A stretch of DNA of 64,000 nt. Origin: Macrostomum lignano. Lineage: Eukaryota. Position 1 is the first letter of the stretch. Each line of letters begins with the position of its first letter. The notes under the pieces were generated by a model, which saw only the letters and a list, made by a program, of their open reading frames with translations, had not been told where the DNA came from and made no database searches. Both the position numbers and the translations under genes were made by a program. Shown one piece after another: positions 1 through 12,064 of the stretch. Location: positions 62,001 to 126,000 of the forward strand of contig NIVC01002417.1 of assembly GCA_002269645.1 (NCBI GenBank), in the 5' to 3' direction.

Positions 1-15
1 GCGGATGATTTCCTA

Positions 16-1938
16 ATGACTAGGTTTCTCCGGGACGATGTCGGCTATGGCAAAGCAATGCCTGAAGCTAGCCCTGTAGAAGTTGATGTCACGGAGGAGC
101 CGACAGAAACTGCTGAAGTTGAGGAAGAAGAAGCTGGCTTTGATGAGCTTCGGTCGTTGAGCAGCACTGACGATGAAGAGGAAGAGAAACCCCAGGATAT
201 TCGCTCAACAGAGAAGAAACTGCTGGACTTGCTGGTCAGTTTCTTCACCATCTTTGGCTATTCCAGACCAGCGGCTATTTTCCTACTGGCCGGACTTCGT
301 GCGATTGATTTGCCAGCACCTAACTATAAAACAGTCGAGCGAATTCTGAAAGAAGATCAACCCACTGGAAAGACAACTCCAATGGGCAATGGACACTTCC
401 GGTATGTGTCGATTCTTGATAACCTGCAGTTGCTGCTCAGCCAAGGTCTGCTGCGACTGATGCCCGAGAATGAGCACCGTGATGATCAAAGTTCCACTCC
501 TAAAGTGTTTAAGTTCGAAGGAATCGTCAATTGCGATGGTTTACCACTCTACCATTCGAGTGGATTCGGACTGTGGCCTATTTTAATGAAAATTCCTGGC
601 GCATTCGCAAAGCCTTTTCCGGTGGGAGTTTGGGCCGGCGTTGGAAAACCTCCACTTTTGCCCTACCTTCAAGAATTTTGCCAAGAGGCCACAAAATTTC
701 TTTCTGGTCCTGTCACAATTAGTAAAGACGTCTCCATTACTCTATCAACAATTTATTTCGTTTGCGACGCCCCCGCCCGAGCATTTTTAATGGCAACCTT
801 GAATCACAACTCCTATCATGGCTGCAGCTATTGCCGAGCGGTAGGGCCTCGTGTTGCAAACCGTGTGACTTATGCACTGACGGCTGGAGAAAGCCGCTGC
901 GGAAAGATCTATCGCGCAGGGATGGAGAGGAACCAGGAAACAAAAAGCAGGATTCGTTCTCCGCTACTGGATTTGCCGAGCATAGATTTTGTCACGTCTT
1001 TTCCTCTTGATTATCAGCATGCTGTTTGTCTTGGTGTTGTTCGCAAGCTAATGAACTTATACTTTGGCAAAGGACCAGCCGGTGAATGCAAGCTTAATCC
1101 GACACAGTTGCGCCGAATGTCGGATAAGATCACTTTGGTTGCTTCGTGGACACCGTCAGAGTTTCAGAGACGGCCTCGGCGAATTGATATAAACTTACAG
1201 TACATGAAAGCAACAGAATTTCGCCAATTTTTACTTTATTTGGGACCGATTCTGTTTCGAGGCTTCGTGCAGGAAAAATATATTAATCATTTCTTGCTTC
1301 TGCACTTTGCTCTATATGTCTACTCTGATAGGCGGCTGATCGACTTGTATGACCACGCTAAAAAATGTATTGAAGAATTCGTATTAAAAACAGCGGAACT
1401 TTTTGGACAGCAGTCCGTTAGTTATAACATTCATGCTTTGCTTCATTTAGATCAGTTCGTGCGGCAACACGCAGATATTAATTACTTCTCAACGTTTGCA
1501 TTTGAAAACTATCTGGGTGCAGTGAAGCGAAGCATTAAAGTCACAAGGCACCTTGCAGCCCATTGCGTCCAACAAGTTTTTAAGGTGAGAAAGCAAACGC
1601 TGCTTCAAAACCACAGCATTCCGGCACTAAGATACCGGCCGACAGCAGGTGACAACTGCTGTTTTGTCGATGAAACCTGCAATACGTGCGTCTACATCGA
1701 CAGCCTTTCAGCAAGTGGACTAGTTTCTGGCAGGATTCTTCTTCCCGAGAGTGACGTTTACTCGTACCCATACGAATCCCTCACGCTTGGAATTGGGATT
1801 TACCGCCTTACATCGATTGTCACTAGTGGTGTGCCGCAACGCAAATGCTGGATTTGGCCTTCAAAAAATCTGGATACCGAAGCAACTGACGCAGAAAGTC
1901 GTTTCCACGTTGTGCCTCTAACGGGCGACAGGGATTAG
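16..1938 (+). CDS. CACTA/EnSpm-like (CMC superfamily) DDE transposase, uninterrupted 640-aa ORF (may extend upstream of the window)
   Basis: Motifs NCDGLPLY..LWPIL, CDAPARAFL..HNSYHGCSYC, LDYQHAVCLGVVRKL, PSEFQRRPR..KATEFRQFLLYLGP, HALLHL and FSTFAFENYLG match animal EnSpm-type transposases. Candidate D-D-E triad in CDG / CDAPA / FENY. No stops, no introns; no TIR identified. Confidence 0.8.
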   Translation: MTRFLRDDVGYGKAMPEASPVEVDVTEEPTETAEVEEEEAGFDELRSLSSTDDEEEEKPQDIRSTEKKLLDLLVSFFTIFGYSRPAAIFLLAGLRAIDLPAPNYKTVERILKEDQPTGKTTPMGNGHFRYVSILDNLQLLLSQGLLRLMPENEHRDDQSSTPKVFKFEGIVNCDGLPLYHSSGFGLWPILMKIPGAFAKPFPVGVWAGVGKPPLLPYLQEFCQEATKFLSGPVTISKDVSITLSTIYFVCDAPARAFLMATLNHNSYHGCSYCRAVGPRVANRVTYALTAGESRCGKIYRAGMERNQETKSRIRSPLLDLPSIDFVTSFPLDYQHAVCLGVVRKLMNLYFGKGPAGECKLNPTQLRRMSDKITLVASWTPSEFQRRPRRIDINLQYMKATEFRQFLLYLGPILFRGFVQEKYINHFLLLHFALYVYSDRRLIDLYDHAKKCIEEFVLKTAELFGQQSVSYNIHALLHLDQFVRQHADINYFSTFAFENYLGAVKRSIKVTRHLAAHCVQQVFKVRKQTLLQNHSIPALRYRPTAGDNCCFVDETCNTCVYIDSLSASGLVSGRILLPESDVYSYPYESLTLGIGIYRLTSIVTSGVPQRKCWIWPSKNLDTEATDAESRFHVVPLTGDRD

Positions 1939-3418
1939 ATTAGATATGAACTGATTCGTAAGTCAATTTTAACCCAACGTTTTTTTTTCAAGGTTTCTAA
2001 ACAAGTGTATTGCCTAACTTATTGAAACTCGTATCATTTCCCGCAGCTGTTTTGGAATCATCGATCAGCTGCTTTGATTTCTCGACTCCGCCTCGCAGGG
2101 CTCGCATGCATCTACCGAAAAAAACTACTAGCTTATTCGACTGTGAACTGGCAATATCAATACACAAAGACAGAGACTGAAACATCGAGAACGCTAGACT
2201 GTTTTTTTCTCTGTTCTGCTTTGCTCTCTTTGTTTTGATTTGTTGAACCAAGATTTATAGCTATATAGCTAATAGAAATCGTGGGACCCATTTTATTCAT
2301 GGTCTGTGAACCCTGCTGGCCTGGACATGCCTGGATCAAACAGAGGCTCGAAATAAGCTTTTTTCTTATGGGGGTGGGGTATAAAGAGACAGAGGCAGCT
2401 GTTGTGGCCATAAAAAATGTCGGCTCGACAGGCTTTGAGTTGCTCCTCTACACGATATATCTCTCTCGCAATTCAGTTCGAAATAAAATTGATACATACT
2501 TCCCCACCAACACACTGCCCGCTTCTTTGCTATCTATCAAACAGGCCTTTTCTGTTCGAACTCAGTCTCCCATAAAGTAAACAACTATATAACTTAGAAG
2601 CAGGTCTGTGGGCTAGAACTGAGCTAAAATCTATCTGCTTCCATGAATGGCTTCGAAAAGGAACACTTTTGGCGCAGCCAGAAATTTGAATCCACTTGGA
2701 GAGTGGAGGGAGTGGGCCTGTACAATATCGAAAATATACGATTCCCCATTCCCTTGCATTTTCTGTATCCCCTGTCACCCTTTTGCTGCGTTAACACCAG
2801 TACACCAGTGAATAGAGAGGCCAGCTAAATTTCCAAGACACTACAGATCCGAACCGTCAAGAGAGCTTTTTTCTGAAAATAAAGTTCGTTCATTTCTTGA
2901 CACTGAGTTAGGTGTGTCAATAATTTCAGCATTAACGACAGTTAGATTTATCAAATTTGAGTGTTGAGAACTATGTGTTTGAATAATTAAACTAACTTTT
3001 TATCAATATGTTTCATTAACTGGTTACTAACTCTTTTAAGGCTTATTAAGCCGTTAATACCCATGTGAATGTTACAGTAACTATATTTTTTACGTTTTAA
3101 TTACAAAGTTTAGCCTTTCAACAACAACGCTTAATCTGTTTTGCATACTTGTCCTGTCTTACATTTACTACAATGAACAACAGTATCTGCTTGTAACTAT
3201 CTATACTTCGAGATTTGTGTGTCGTCTGAAACGAAAGAGTTGATATTTTTAGCGTGAGTTACAAACGTACAAATATTAAAAACTCAATAAAAATTTACAA
3301 CCGCAACAAATTCACGGGGCGCTTTCATTAGGCAAAAATTTCACTTTGCCGAAAAGCACTCTCTTTCACTAGGCCGAACCTTATGTACCTCGTAAGAGCG
3401 TGCTCGGCAATGTGAAGT

Positions 3419-4075
3419 TCCTCTATCCTCTCTACCCTCTCTCCTTTCTACCCTCTCTTCTCTACCCTCTCTTCTCTACCCTCTCTCTTCTCTACCCTCT
3501 CTCCTCTCTACCCTCTCTTCTCTACCCTCTCTTCTCTACCCTCTCTCTTCTCTACCCTCTCTCTTCTCTACCCTCTCTCTTCTCTACCCTCTCTCTTCTC
3601 TACCCTCTCTCTTCTCTACCCTCTCCTCTCTACCCTCTCTCTTCTCTACCCTCTCTTTTCTCTACCCTCTCTCTTCTCTACCCTCTCTCTTCTCTACCAT
3701 CTCTCCTCTCTACCCTCTCTTCTCTACCCTCTCTTTTCTCTACCCTCTCTCTTCTCTACCCTCTCTCTTCTCTACCCTCTCTCTTCTCTACCCTCTCTCT
3801 TCTCTACCCTCTCCTCTCTACCCTCTCTCTTCTCTACCCTCTCTCTTCTCTACCCTCTCTCCTCTCTACCCTCTCTTCTCTACCCTCTCTCTTTTCTACC
3901 CTCTCTCCTCTCTACCCTTCTCCTCTCTACCCTCTCTCCTCTCTCCCTATTTCTTCTTTCTCTTCCTTCTCTCCTCTCCTCCCTCTCTCCCTTCTCTCGT
4001 CTCTTCCCTCTTTTCTCCTCTTGTCTTCTTTCTTATCTCATCTCTCTCTGTCTCTCATGTCTCATGAGCTTGCAC
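3419..4075. repeat. CT-rich minisatellite (unit approx. ctctctcttctctacc)
   Basis: Directly visible tandem array; explains ORF 3400..4098 (LYPLSS repeats). Confidence 0.9.
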
Positions 4076-5769
4076 TGGATTTTTCATCTGGCCCTTGAGG
4101 AAAAAAGTTTGCCAGCCTCTGGGTTAAAGCTTTGAGTCAGCTTTGCTTCTCGCAGCGCAGCACAGCGAGCCAATAGGTCGGATTACCTAGCTCTTACTTC
4201 CCTGGCCAATTTAGACTGCCATAACTTTGCCCCAAATAAATATATTTATTTCAAACTTGAGTCGATTGCGCCTTGATATGTTTTCTGTCTAAACATGGAG
4301 TCTCAGCTTCATAACTCAATCAGGACAGGACAGAAACTATGAGCATGTGAAGTTTGCCTGATTTTTATCTATTCTTTCGCCTGTGGAGTAGTAGAGCAGT
4401 TAGAGAAAACAGGGAAACATAGAAAGCTATAGAAAACAGAGGGAGAGAGAAGAGATGAAAAAGCAGTAGACAAGAAGACAGATAGAGCAGCAGAGAGGAC
4501 AGATGAAAGGGATGCAGGGCAGATGCAAGAGAGGGAGGATGAAAAAAGGGTACAGCGGAAGAGAAGACCGGGATAACAGAGTGAGAGTATAGACAGATCG
4601 AAGGGGGGAGAACAGTGTGAACAAAGGGAGAGAGGAGAGTAGACAGATAGAAGGGACTGAGGAATAGGTTGAGAGAGGACAGATGGAGAGAAAAAGAGAC
4701 AGTAGAATCTTGCTTAAATAAACCGACGGAATCGAAATCGTAGACCTTGTTTGGTTTTTCCTAACTTCCATTGCACTAGCTATTTAAATATTTTTTGTTA
4801 GATTTTAAATCAAAGAAGCAAAAGAGATACAGGGTCCAAATTCTGTGGGTTTAAATTCCAGATGTTAAAGCAGCGTGTTTTCACCAAAACAAATATAAAT
4901 AAATAATCAATAGTTAGTTTGCCTGCAGAGAAATATCCAAGCTGCGCAATGGCATCCAAGGGTAAAAAATATTCTTCTACTTTAGTGGACACTACTCAAA
5001 GCTGTAACAGCTGCTGCAGCATTTTTCAGATCATTGATTATGGATTTCTGGCCAACAGGAACAGCATGAAGTCAAGCATTGCAGACACTACTCGTAGTTT
5101 CACCCAGTGAGGAGCACTTAATTCTACTTCTAAGGGGCATTTTAAGCCGGCATGTTCGATCAGCAGGTTTAGCAGCAATTAAAAATAGATGGCAAAGACA
5201 AGCTCACTTTCTAAAAGCGCAAATATTTAATATTTATCGTCTATTTGATGCTTTTAATCTTCTTTCGACTGCAAACAAAAATTTGTTCTCGGGGGCCTGC
5301 AACTCTACGCTACTAAAAGTAGTCTGATGCGCATTTAAATTTTTATGAAACTCTACACATCTTTCCGGAAAAATAATTTCACAATGTTGGCACTAGGCAA
5401 CAGCAAATATTTCCCTAACGTTTATTGTAAAGAGTAGTCACCTATTATTGTGATAAAAAACGGTTCTCCCGCTAAGCTGTAAGGGCAATGCTATTAAATA
5501 AAGCTGCCTGGAACATGAAACATGCCAAATTTAGGTTGCCGCCTCATAGGCCGCCGGGCGATCACCGGGCGGCTTCGATTAGGATTTAAAAAATCGTACT
5601 TATTAAGGCGAAATAAAGTATCACGATTACAAAATCACAATTTCTCATTGAAAAATCAGATCATCCTTCATTGTAAAGTGAAAATAAAAATATTTACTGA
5701 CTGCCCTCACAGGCGGTCGCGAGGGCGCACACCGCCCACTGTACGCCCCACTTAGTTGTCCCACTGGGA

Positions 5770-5925
5770 ATACAGTACAGAATACAGCACAGAATACGGT
5801 ACAGAATACAGCACAGAATACAGCACAGAATACAGCACAGAATACAGCACAGAATACAGCACAGAATACAGTACAGAATACAGTACAGAATACAGCACAG
5901 AATACAGTACAGAATACAGCACAGA
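5770..5925. repeat. 12-bp tandem repeat (tacagcacagaa), about 13 copies, after the exon-2 donor of GT32 copy A
   Basis: Visible array; explains the STEY/CCIL ORFs. Confidence 0.9.
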
Positions 5926-5935
5926 GGCAACTCAC

Positions 5936-6711
5936 CCCCAAACTTGTGCAAGATGAAGTATCTGGCGGCATCAGACTTTTCCAGCGGATGCTTGAACTCC
6001 TTGAACTTCCAGTCTAGATGGGGATAATGCACTTTAATCAACTGATCAATGTCTCTGTCAGTCCAAAGGTAATATTTCATGTCGGGATTTAGCTTCACGC
6101 AGGACTCAATGTACTTTTGGTAAGCCGTTATCACTCGTGAGGTTGAAAAAGTTTAATGGAGAATTTTCGGAATTCGTCGATTTCCAGTGCCAGTAATAAT
6201 GAGCCTTTGAATTGTGCTGTAATTCCCTGTTAATTCCCTGCTACCACTGCTGTTTCGGTCTCTTGCGGGATAAAATTTCGAGAATGAAAAGTTGGCTACT
6301 CTTGGAATCTTGAAATTGTTGACAGGCAAGTAGAGGAAGGCCTGCAAATTGAAAATTTTGGGTTCGGCATCATATAGAGGATAAATATCAGCACAGATCA
6401 CTAAACAACCTTTTTTAACGAAAAAATACGTTCATTGAAACGATGGTATTACCGGTATGCAACACCCAGTACCACTGGTATATTGAGCTGCAACACCCGG
6501 TATCACCGGTATACTGAGTAGCTGCAACACCCGGTATCACCGGTATATTGAGTAGCTGCAACACCCGGTATATTGAGCTGCTATCGGTACATGTACACCT
6601 GGTATCACCGGTAAAAGGAGCTACCACAGAATAAGCAGAAACTGTAAAGCTCACCATCACAAATATGCTCGCCACAATTGATTTTATTAAAAGAATTTGT
6701 TTTTTTAACAT
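5936..6711 (-). pseudogene. Partial GT32 glycosyltransferase paralog (copy A) with premature stop
   Basis: Exon 6711-6655 (MLKKQILLIKSIVASIFVM|gtgagc) and exon 6341-5936 (AFLYLP...RIPKILH*TFSTSRVITAYQKYIESCVKLNPDMKYYLWTDRDID...EKSDAARYFILHKFGG|gtgagt). TAA at 6155-6153 replaces the Gln of IPKLLHQTF seen in copy B. Intron positions are the same as in copy B. No DXD exon found downstream in the window. Confidence 0.75.
6440..6615. repeat. About 34-bp tandem repeat (gctgcaacacccggtatcaccggtatattgagta) in intron 1 of GT32 copy A
   Basis: Visible degenerate array between the exon boundaries at 6341 and 6655. Confidence 0.8.
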
Positions 6712-7299
6712 GATTTGTTTTATGTTCAGACGCAGAGATTACAGACACAAGCTTATTAAAAAAATTGTTTTATAAAACCCTTGGCAACCTAAGAATACAG
6801 AGTTTTTAGTTCTAAGGATCAGCAGAATTTTGGGGTTGAGCAGAGGCAAAACAGTGCAGGAAAGGAATTTTTGCTTGCTTCAATTGCTGGTAACTGTACG
6901 CGATTTTGAGTACATCGCCTGAGAGACTGAGAGAATCTCATTGGTTTTGCAGCCAAATGAATGGGAACAGAGAAAGAAGTACACGCAGATTGGGGACTTC
7001 ACACAGTTTTAGGGGAAGCTTAGGACATGCAGGGATGAGAGAAAATGTTCAACTTTTCTGCTAGCCAGAAACCTAGAAGGTTTCGCCTGATATTCTTCTT
7101 TAAAGGCCAATTTCTCTGCCTTTTTAGAAGCTGGCTTTGCACTCTTCATCCTCAGTTCTTGACTGTCTTTCCTTTTTAAGTCTCTAACCAGCATTGGTCT
7201 CTGCTTGTCTGTCTTGTCTGGGGTGAGAGTAAATTTGGCGTGAGAGTAGAGTAGAGAAGAGGGTAAAGGACAAGTGAGAGAAGAGGGGAGTTGAGCATT

Positions 7300-7700
7300 A
7301 GGGAGGGATGAGAGTAGGGGAGGGTGAGAGTAGGGGTGTGTGAGAGTAGAAGAGGGTGAGAGTAGGGGAGGGTGAGAGTAGGGGAGGGTGAGAGTAGGGG
7401 AGGGTGAGAGTAGGGGAGGGTGAGAGTATGGGAATTGCTGAGAGTAGGGGAGGGTGAGAGTAGGGGAGGGTGAGAGTAGGGGAGGGTGAGAGTATGGGAA
7501 TTGCTGAGAGTAGGGGAGGGTGAGAGTAGGGGAGGGTGAGAGTAGGGGAGGCTAAGAGTAGGGGAGGGTGAGAGTAGGTGAGGGTGAGATAGGGGAGGGT
7601 GAGAGTAGGGAAGGGTGAGAGTAGGTGAGGGTGAGATAGGGGAGGGTGAGAGTAGGGAAGGGTGAGAGTAGGGGAATTGCTGAGAGTAGGGGAGGCTGAG
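7300..7700. repeat. 16-bp purine-rich minisatellite (gagagtaggggagggt)
   Basis: Visible tandem array. Confidence 0.9.
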
Positions 7701-8008
7701 AGTATTTGTCAGCTGATTATTAGGGCTGTCATATCATGTTGGAAACTCAAAAAGTTAAAATATTTATAATTTTTTATGGAATTCAGAGGCACTGAGTGCT
7801 CAAATACGGATATATCAGATGAGTTACAGAGTGGTTCGGAGTGCACGTTTATTTGGTAGAAATAAATGTATGCAATTATAAATTACAAGGTCATAGAACG
7901 GTAAAATTCTAGAAAAGAAACATTTTAGTAGAAAAAAATATTTGTAGTTTAAGGAAAAAAAATAAATTTTTAAGGAATGACAGGATTTTTGAGAAAATAA
8001 ACTTTATA

Positions 8009-8308
<300 letters not shown>

Positions 8309-8376
8309 TTGTAGAAGTATTAAAAAACAGCTCAGAGGAGTACTAATAATCTTGTTGCTGCAAAGTTTTCTTCATA

Positions 8377-11300
8377 CTACTGTTTCAAAATGCCTGTTTT
8401 ATTTCTTGAATTGAACTGAGCAGGCGATGGGTTCAACAGAGTAGTTTTGTCCTTCTCGTTAGAGAAAAAATGAATCCGGTTAGCGAACTGTGTGGCCGCA
8501 TTGAACAGTCGGCGCGCATGTTGGCGAGCATTCTGTGGGTAGCCCAGGTGTCTGAACCGGTGAATGGCGATTGTGTTCGGACCAATGTCGCTGTCTAGCT
8601 TAAATTTTCTCGACTCTAGTTTTAGACAGCCTTTCTCGTACTCGAACAGAGTGGCGTTCTTTTTCAGCTTGAGTTTTGCGGCTGTGATAATCGATTGCTC
8701 TGAAAGTTGTTAGTTTTTTGTGTCAGCCAAAGTGTAGTAAGAGGGTAATTGATAAAGCAAAAGGCGCGGCAGGTTGCTGGGGGAAGAGGGATGGTCGATT
8801 GGAGTAAATCTGTCTACCCCTTTGATGGTCGGCTGCGCCAAAGGGGTAGAGGGCAATTAAATTAAATATAGGCGCGAACTATCAGGCAATCAGCAAAAAG
8901 GACGGTTGTTTATCTCTGCACCACAGGGGTGGAGGGCAATTAAGTTAAATATAAGCGCTAACTATCAGCCAATCAGCAAAAAGGACGGTTGTTTATCTCT
9001 GCACCACAGGGGTGGAGGGCAATTAAATTAAATATAAGCGCAAACTATCAGCCAATCAGCAAAGAGGACGGTTGTTTATCTCTGCGCGACAGGGGTAGAA
9101 GGCAATTAAATTAAATAAAGGCGCGAACTATCAGGCAATCAGCAAAAAGGACAGTTGTTTATCTCTGCACCACAGGGGTGGAGGGCAATTAAATTAAATA
9201 TAAGCGCAAACTATCAGCCAATCAGCAGATAGGACGGTCAGATTTTCCTGCGCCACAGGGATAGATGGCAATTAAATTAAATAAAAGCAAAAGCTATCTG
9301 CCTATCAGCAAAGAGGACGGTCGGTTATTTCTGCGCAACAGAGGTAGAGGGCAATTAAATTAAATAAAGGCGCAAAGTATCAGCCAATCAGCGAAAAGGA
9401 CTGTTGTTTGTCTCTGCGCCACAGGGGTAGAGGGCAATTAAATTAAATATAAGCGCAAACTATCAGCCAATCAGCAAAAAAGTACGGTTGTTTATCTCTG
9501 CGCCATAGGGGTACAATCAGTCATTAAGACAATCGCTTACTATTTTTGCCCCGAGGAACGCCTTTGCATCGTCCAGGATAATTTTGAATCGCGTCCATTA
9601 CGGGCGACATTACGTAATCGGGCAGCAGATCCACTGGATGCCGGCCCCCGTCCTGACCCTCCTCCCAGTAGGCCTTGAGCGTTCGGGTCAGCAGGTCCGG
9701 TCCCGTCGAGGACACGGGGTCGCCGAATTTGCGCACCTTGAGCAGCTCGGCGATGCTGCGGTTGAAAAATGGGTGACCCGGCGTGGCGCCCATGCCGGAG
9801 TTCATGGCGTTGAAGCTGCGGTTCCACACGATCTGCGCCTGCATGGTGTTCTCCTGGTCCACGAATGCCGAGTAGTTGGCCAGGCTCGGAAAAAAGGGAC
9901 GCCTGCACTCGACGTCCATGTCGATGTAGATGCCTGGAATGGAAGTACATGTAAGCGCGGATTTGGTAGTCTAGAGTGGACCATGTAGTGAGTAAGTGAA
10001 TAGTAAGTCAGTAGTGAGTCAGCAGTGAGTCAGTTGTGAGTCAGTAGTGAGTCAGTAGTGAGTCAGCAGTGAGTCAGCAGTGAGTCAGTAGTGAGTCAGC
10101 AGTGAGTCAGCAGTGAGTCAGTAGTGAGTCAGCAGTGAGTCAGTAGTGAGTCAGTAGTGAGTCAGCAGTGAGTCAGTCAGCAGGTAACATTAACTCACCT
10201 CCGAACTTATGCAGTATCAAGTACCTAATCGCATCGGACTTCTCCAGTTTATGTTTAAACAGTTTAAACTTCTTAGCCAAATGAGGGTAGTGCAGTTTGA
10301 TCAGCAGGTCAATGTCCCTGTCAGTCCACAGGTAATATTTCCAATCGGGATTGAGCCTCAAACAGGACTCAATGTAGGGCTTGTAAGCGGCAAAGACTTG
10401 GCTCCTGGCAAAAGTCTGGTGCAATAACTTTGGTATTTGTTTAATAGTACTCGGCTCACGGGTTGTAGGCTTTTCTGTGCTCCCGCAATTGTCAGAAAGT
10501 CCGTCAGCGGATGGGTCGCAAAAAGAGATGAAACTGTTGTAGTAGTCTTGCTGACTCGCGTTGCTGATTGGCCAGTAGCCTAAGTGTCTGCGCATCCAGT
10601 GACTGTTCGTAGTGGCGAAGTAGATCCATAGTGTGACGCACACCTGCGGTCGGTATATCAGTGAGTAGATTTTATGAGAGGCTATCTGTCTAGCTGTACG
10701 AGATTACTGTGAGATTATCAATCTACCTGTTCGAGATCCCCTGTGATATTATCAATCTACCCGTTCAAGATCCCCTTTGAGATTAACTATATCTACTTGT
10801 TTGAGATCCCTGTGAGATTATCAATCTACCTGTTTGAGATCACCTGTAAGATTACCTATATCTACCTGTTCGAGATCCCCTGTGAGATTATCAATCTATC
10901 TGTTCGAGATCCCTGTGAGATTATCAATCTAGTTGTTTGAGATCCCTGTGAGATTATCAATCTATCTGTTCGAGATCCCTGTGAGATTATCAATCTACTT
11001 GTTCGAGATCCCCTGTGAGATTATCAATCTATCTGTTCGAGATCCCTGTGAGATTATCAATCTACTTGTTTGAGATCACCTGTAAGATTACCTATATCTA
11101 CCTGTTTGAAATCCCTGTGAGATTATCTATATCTACCTGTTCGAGATCCCCTGTGAGATTATCGATACCTACCTGTTCGAGATCCCGGTGAGATTATCAA
11201 TCTACCTGTTCGAGATCCCGGTGAGATAATCAATCTACCTGTTTGAGATTCCCTGTGAGATTATCTACCCATATGTTTGAGATCTCGTGAGTTTATCCAT

Positions 11301-11552
11301 CTACCTGTTCGAAATCCCTGTGAGATGATTTATCTACCTGTTCGAGATCCTTGTGCGATTATCTTCTATCTACCTATTTGAGATCCCTGTTAGAGCACTA
11401 AAATACATTTTGATATGCCTGTCGGATAGATAATCTCATGTTTAAATTGATAGATACAATGTAATTAAGAAAAACAAATTTAGCAATCAACTTACCATCA
11501 ACAAGCAGATAAAAAGTAACTTGCGTATTTTACTCAGAGAAGTCATTATCAT
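8377..11552 (-). CDS. Glycosyltransferase family 32 (DXD sugar-binding; SUR1/CSH1/OCH1-like), type II membrane protein, 4 exons (copy B)
   Basis: Exons 11552-11496, 10643-10199, 9933-9541 and 8699-8377 join in frame with GT/AG ends: MIMTSLSKIRKLLFICLLM|VCVTLWIYF (anchor)...IPKLLHQTF...WTDRDID...EKSDAIRYLILHKFGG|IYIDMDVEC (DXD)...NSGMGATPGHPFF...STGPDLLT...|...NTIAIHRFRHLGY...KQ*. Confidence 0.85.
8845..9512. repeat. 83-bp minisatellite, about 8 copies, intron 3 of GT32 copy B
   Basis: gggcaatt recurs at 8851, 8934 and 9017 (83-bp period). Confidence 0.9.
9985..10178. repeat. 11-bp tandem repeat (cagtagtgagt), intron 2 of GT32 copy B
   Basis: Visible array. Confidence 0.9.
10705..11390. repeat. 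33-34-bp minisatellite (gagatccctgtgagattatcaatctacctgttc), about 20 copies, intron 1 of GT32 copy B
   Basis: Visible array. Confidence 0.9.
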
Positions 11553-12064
11553 ATTATAGTGGTGTAAATAGCAAAATGAAGTCACATTGGTGCAGCAGCA
11601 GCAGCAGCAGCAGCCGGTTCTAACCAGACATAAAATTTCACAGTCAATTTACATTCACCAGCTTTAGTTTTTAAAGCTTATAGCTATAGCTAATCAGCAG
11701 CAGAAGGCCACACTGCTGCACAGCGGCTATCCAATAGGGAGGGCGGAGCTGACAGAGGATGCACTTCTTTGAAGGAGCGACGTGTCGCTTGAGACGGAAT
11801 TGGATTGGCCCACTCACTGAAGCTGCTTTGTTGGTCCGAAGCAGCGAAAGGAGAGAAGGAAGGAGACGCAGGCGCTGAACTGACTGACTGACTAGATGTA
11901 GATGATATGCCTCGAGGGGGTTGAGCCTAATGGTTAGAACAGAGACTGCTCAATACTCGGGATGGGGACAAGGCAGAACCTTGGAGTCCTCGAAAATAAT
12001 TACATCAATAGGTTTTTATCACAGACACAAACTCACTAACTACCGAGTATTGAGTATTGAGTAA

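Noticed and set aside
2157-2828. Possible second transposon ORF, or missing GT32 copy A exons (YCTGP, SYIVVYF)
   Set aside because: Only 3-5-residue resemblances, with no DXD motif and no consistent frame or splice sites.
4810-5330. EEYFLPLDAIA resembling GT32 exon 3 (PDYVMSPVMDAI)
   Set aside because: The upstream frame is full of stops and lacks GIYxD and TGP; treated as chance.
7009-7220. QRPMLVRDLKRKDSQEL resembling LINE ORF1 RPILVKF
   Set aside because: Too short, with no further ORF1 or RT motifs nearby.
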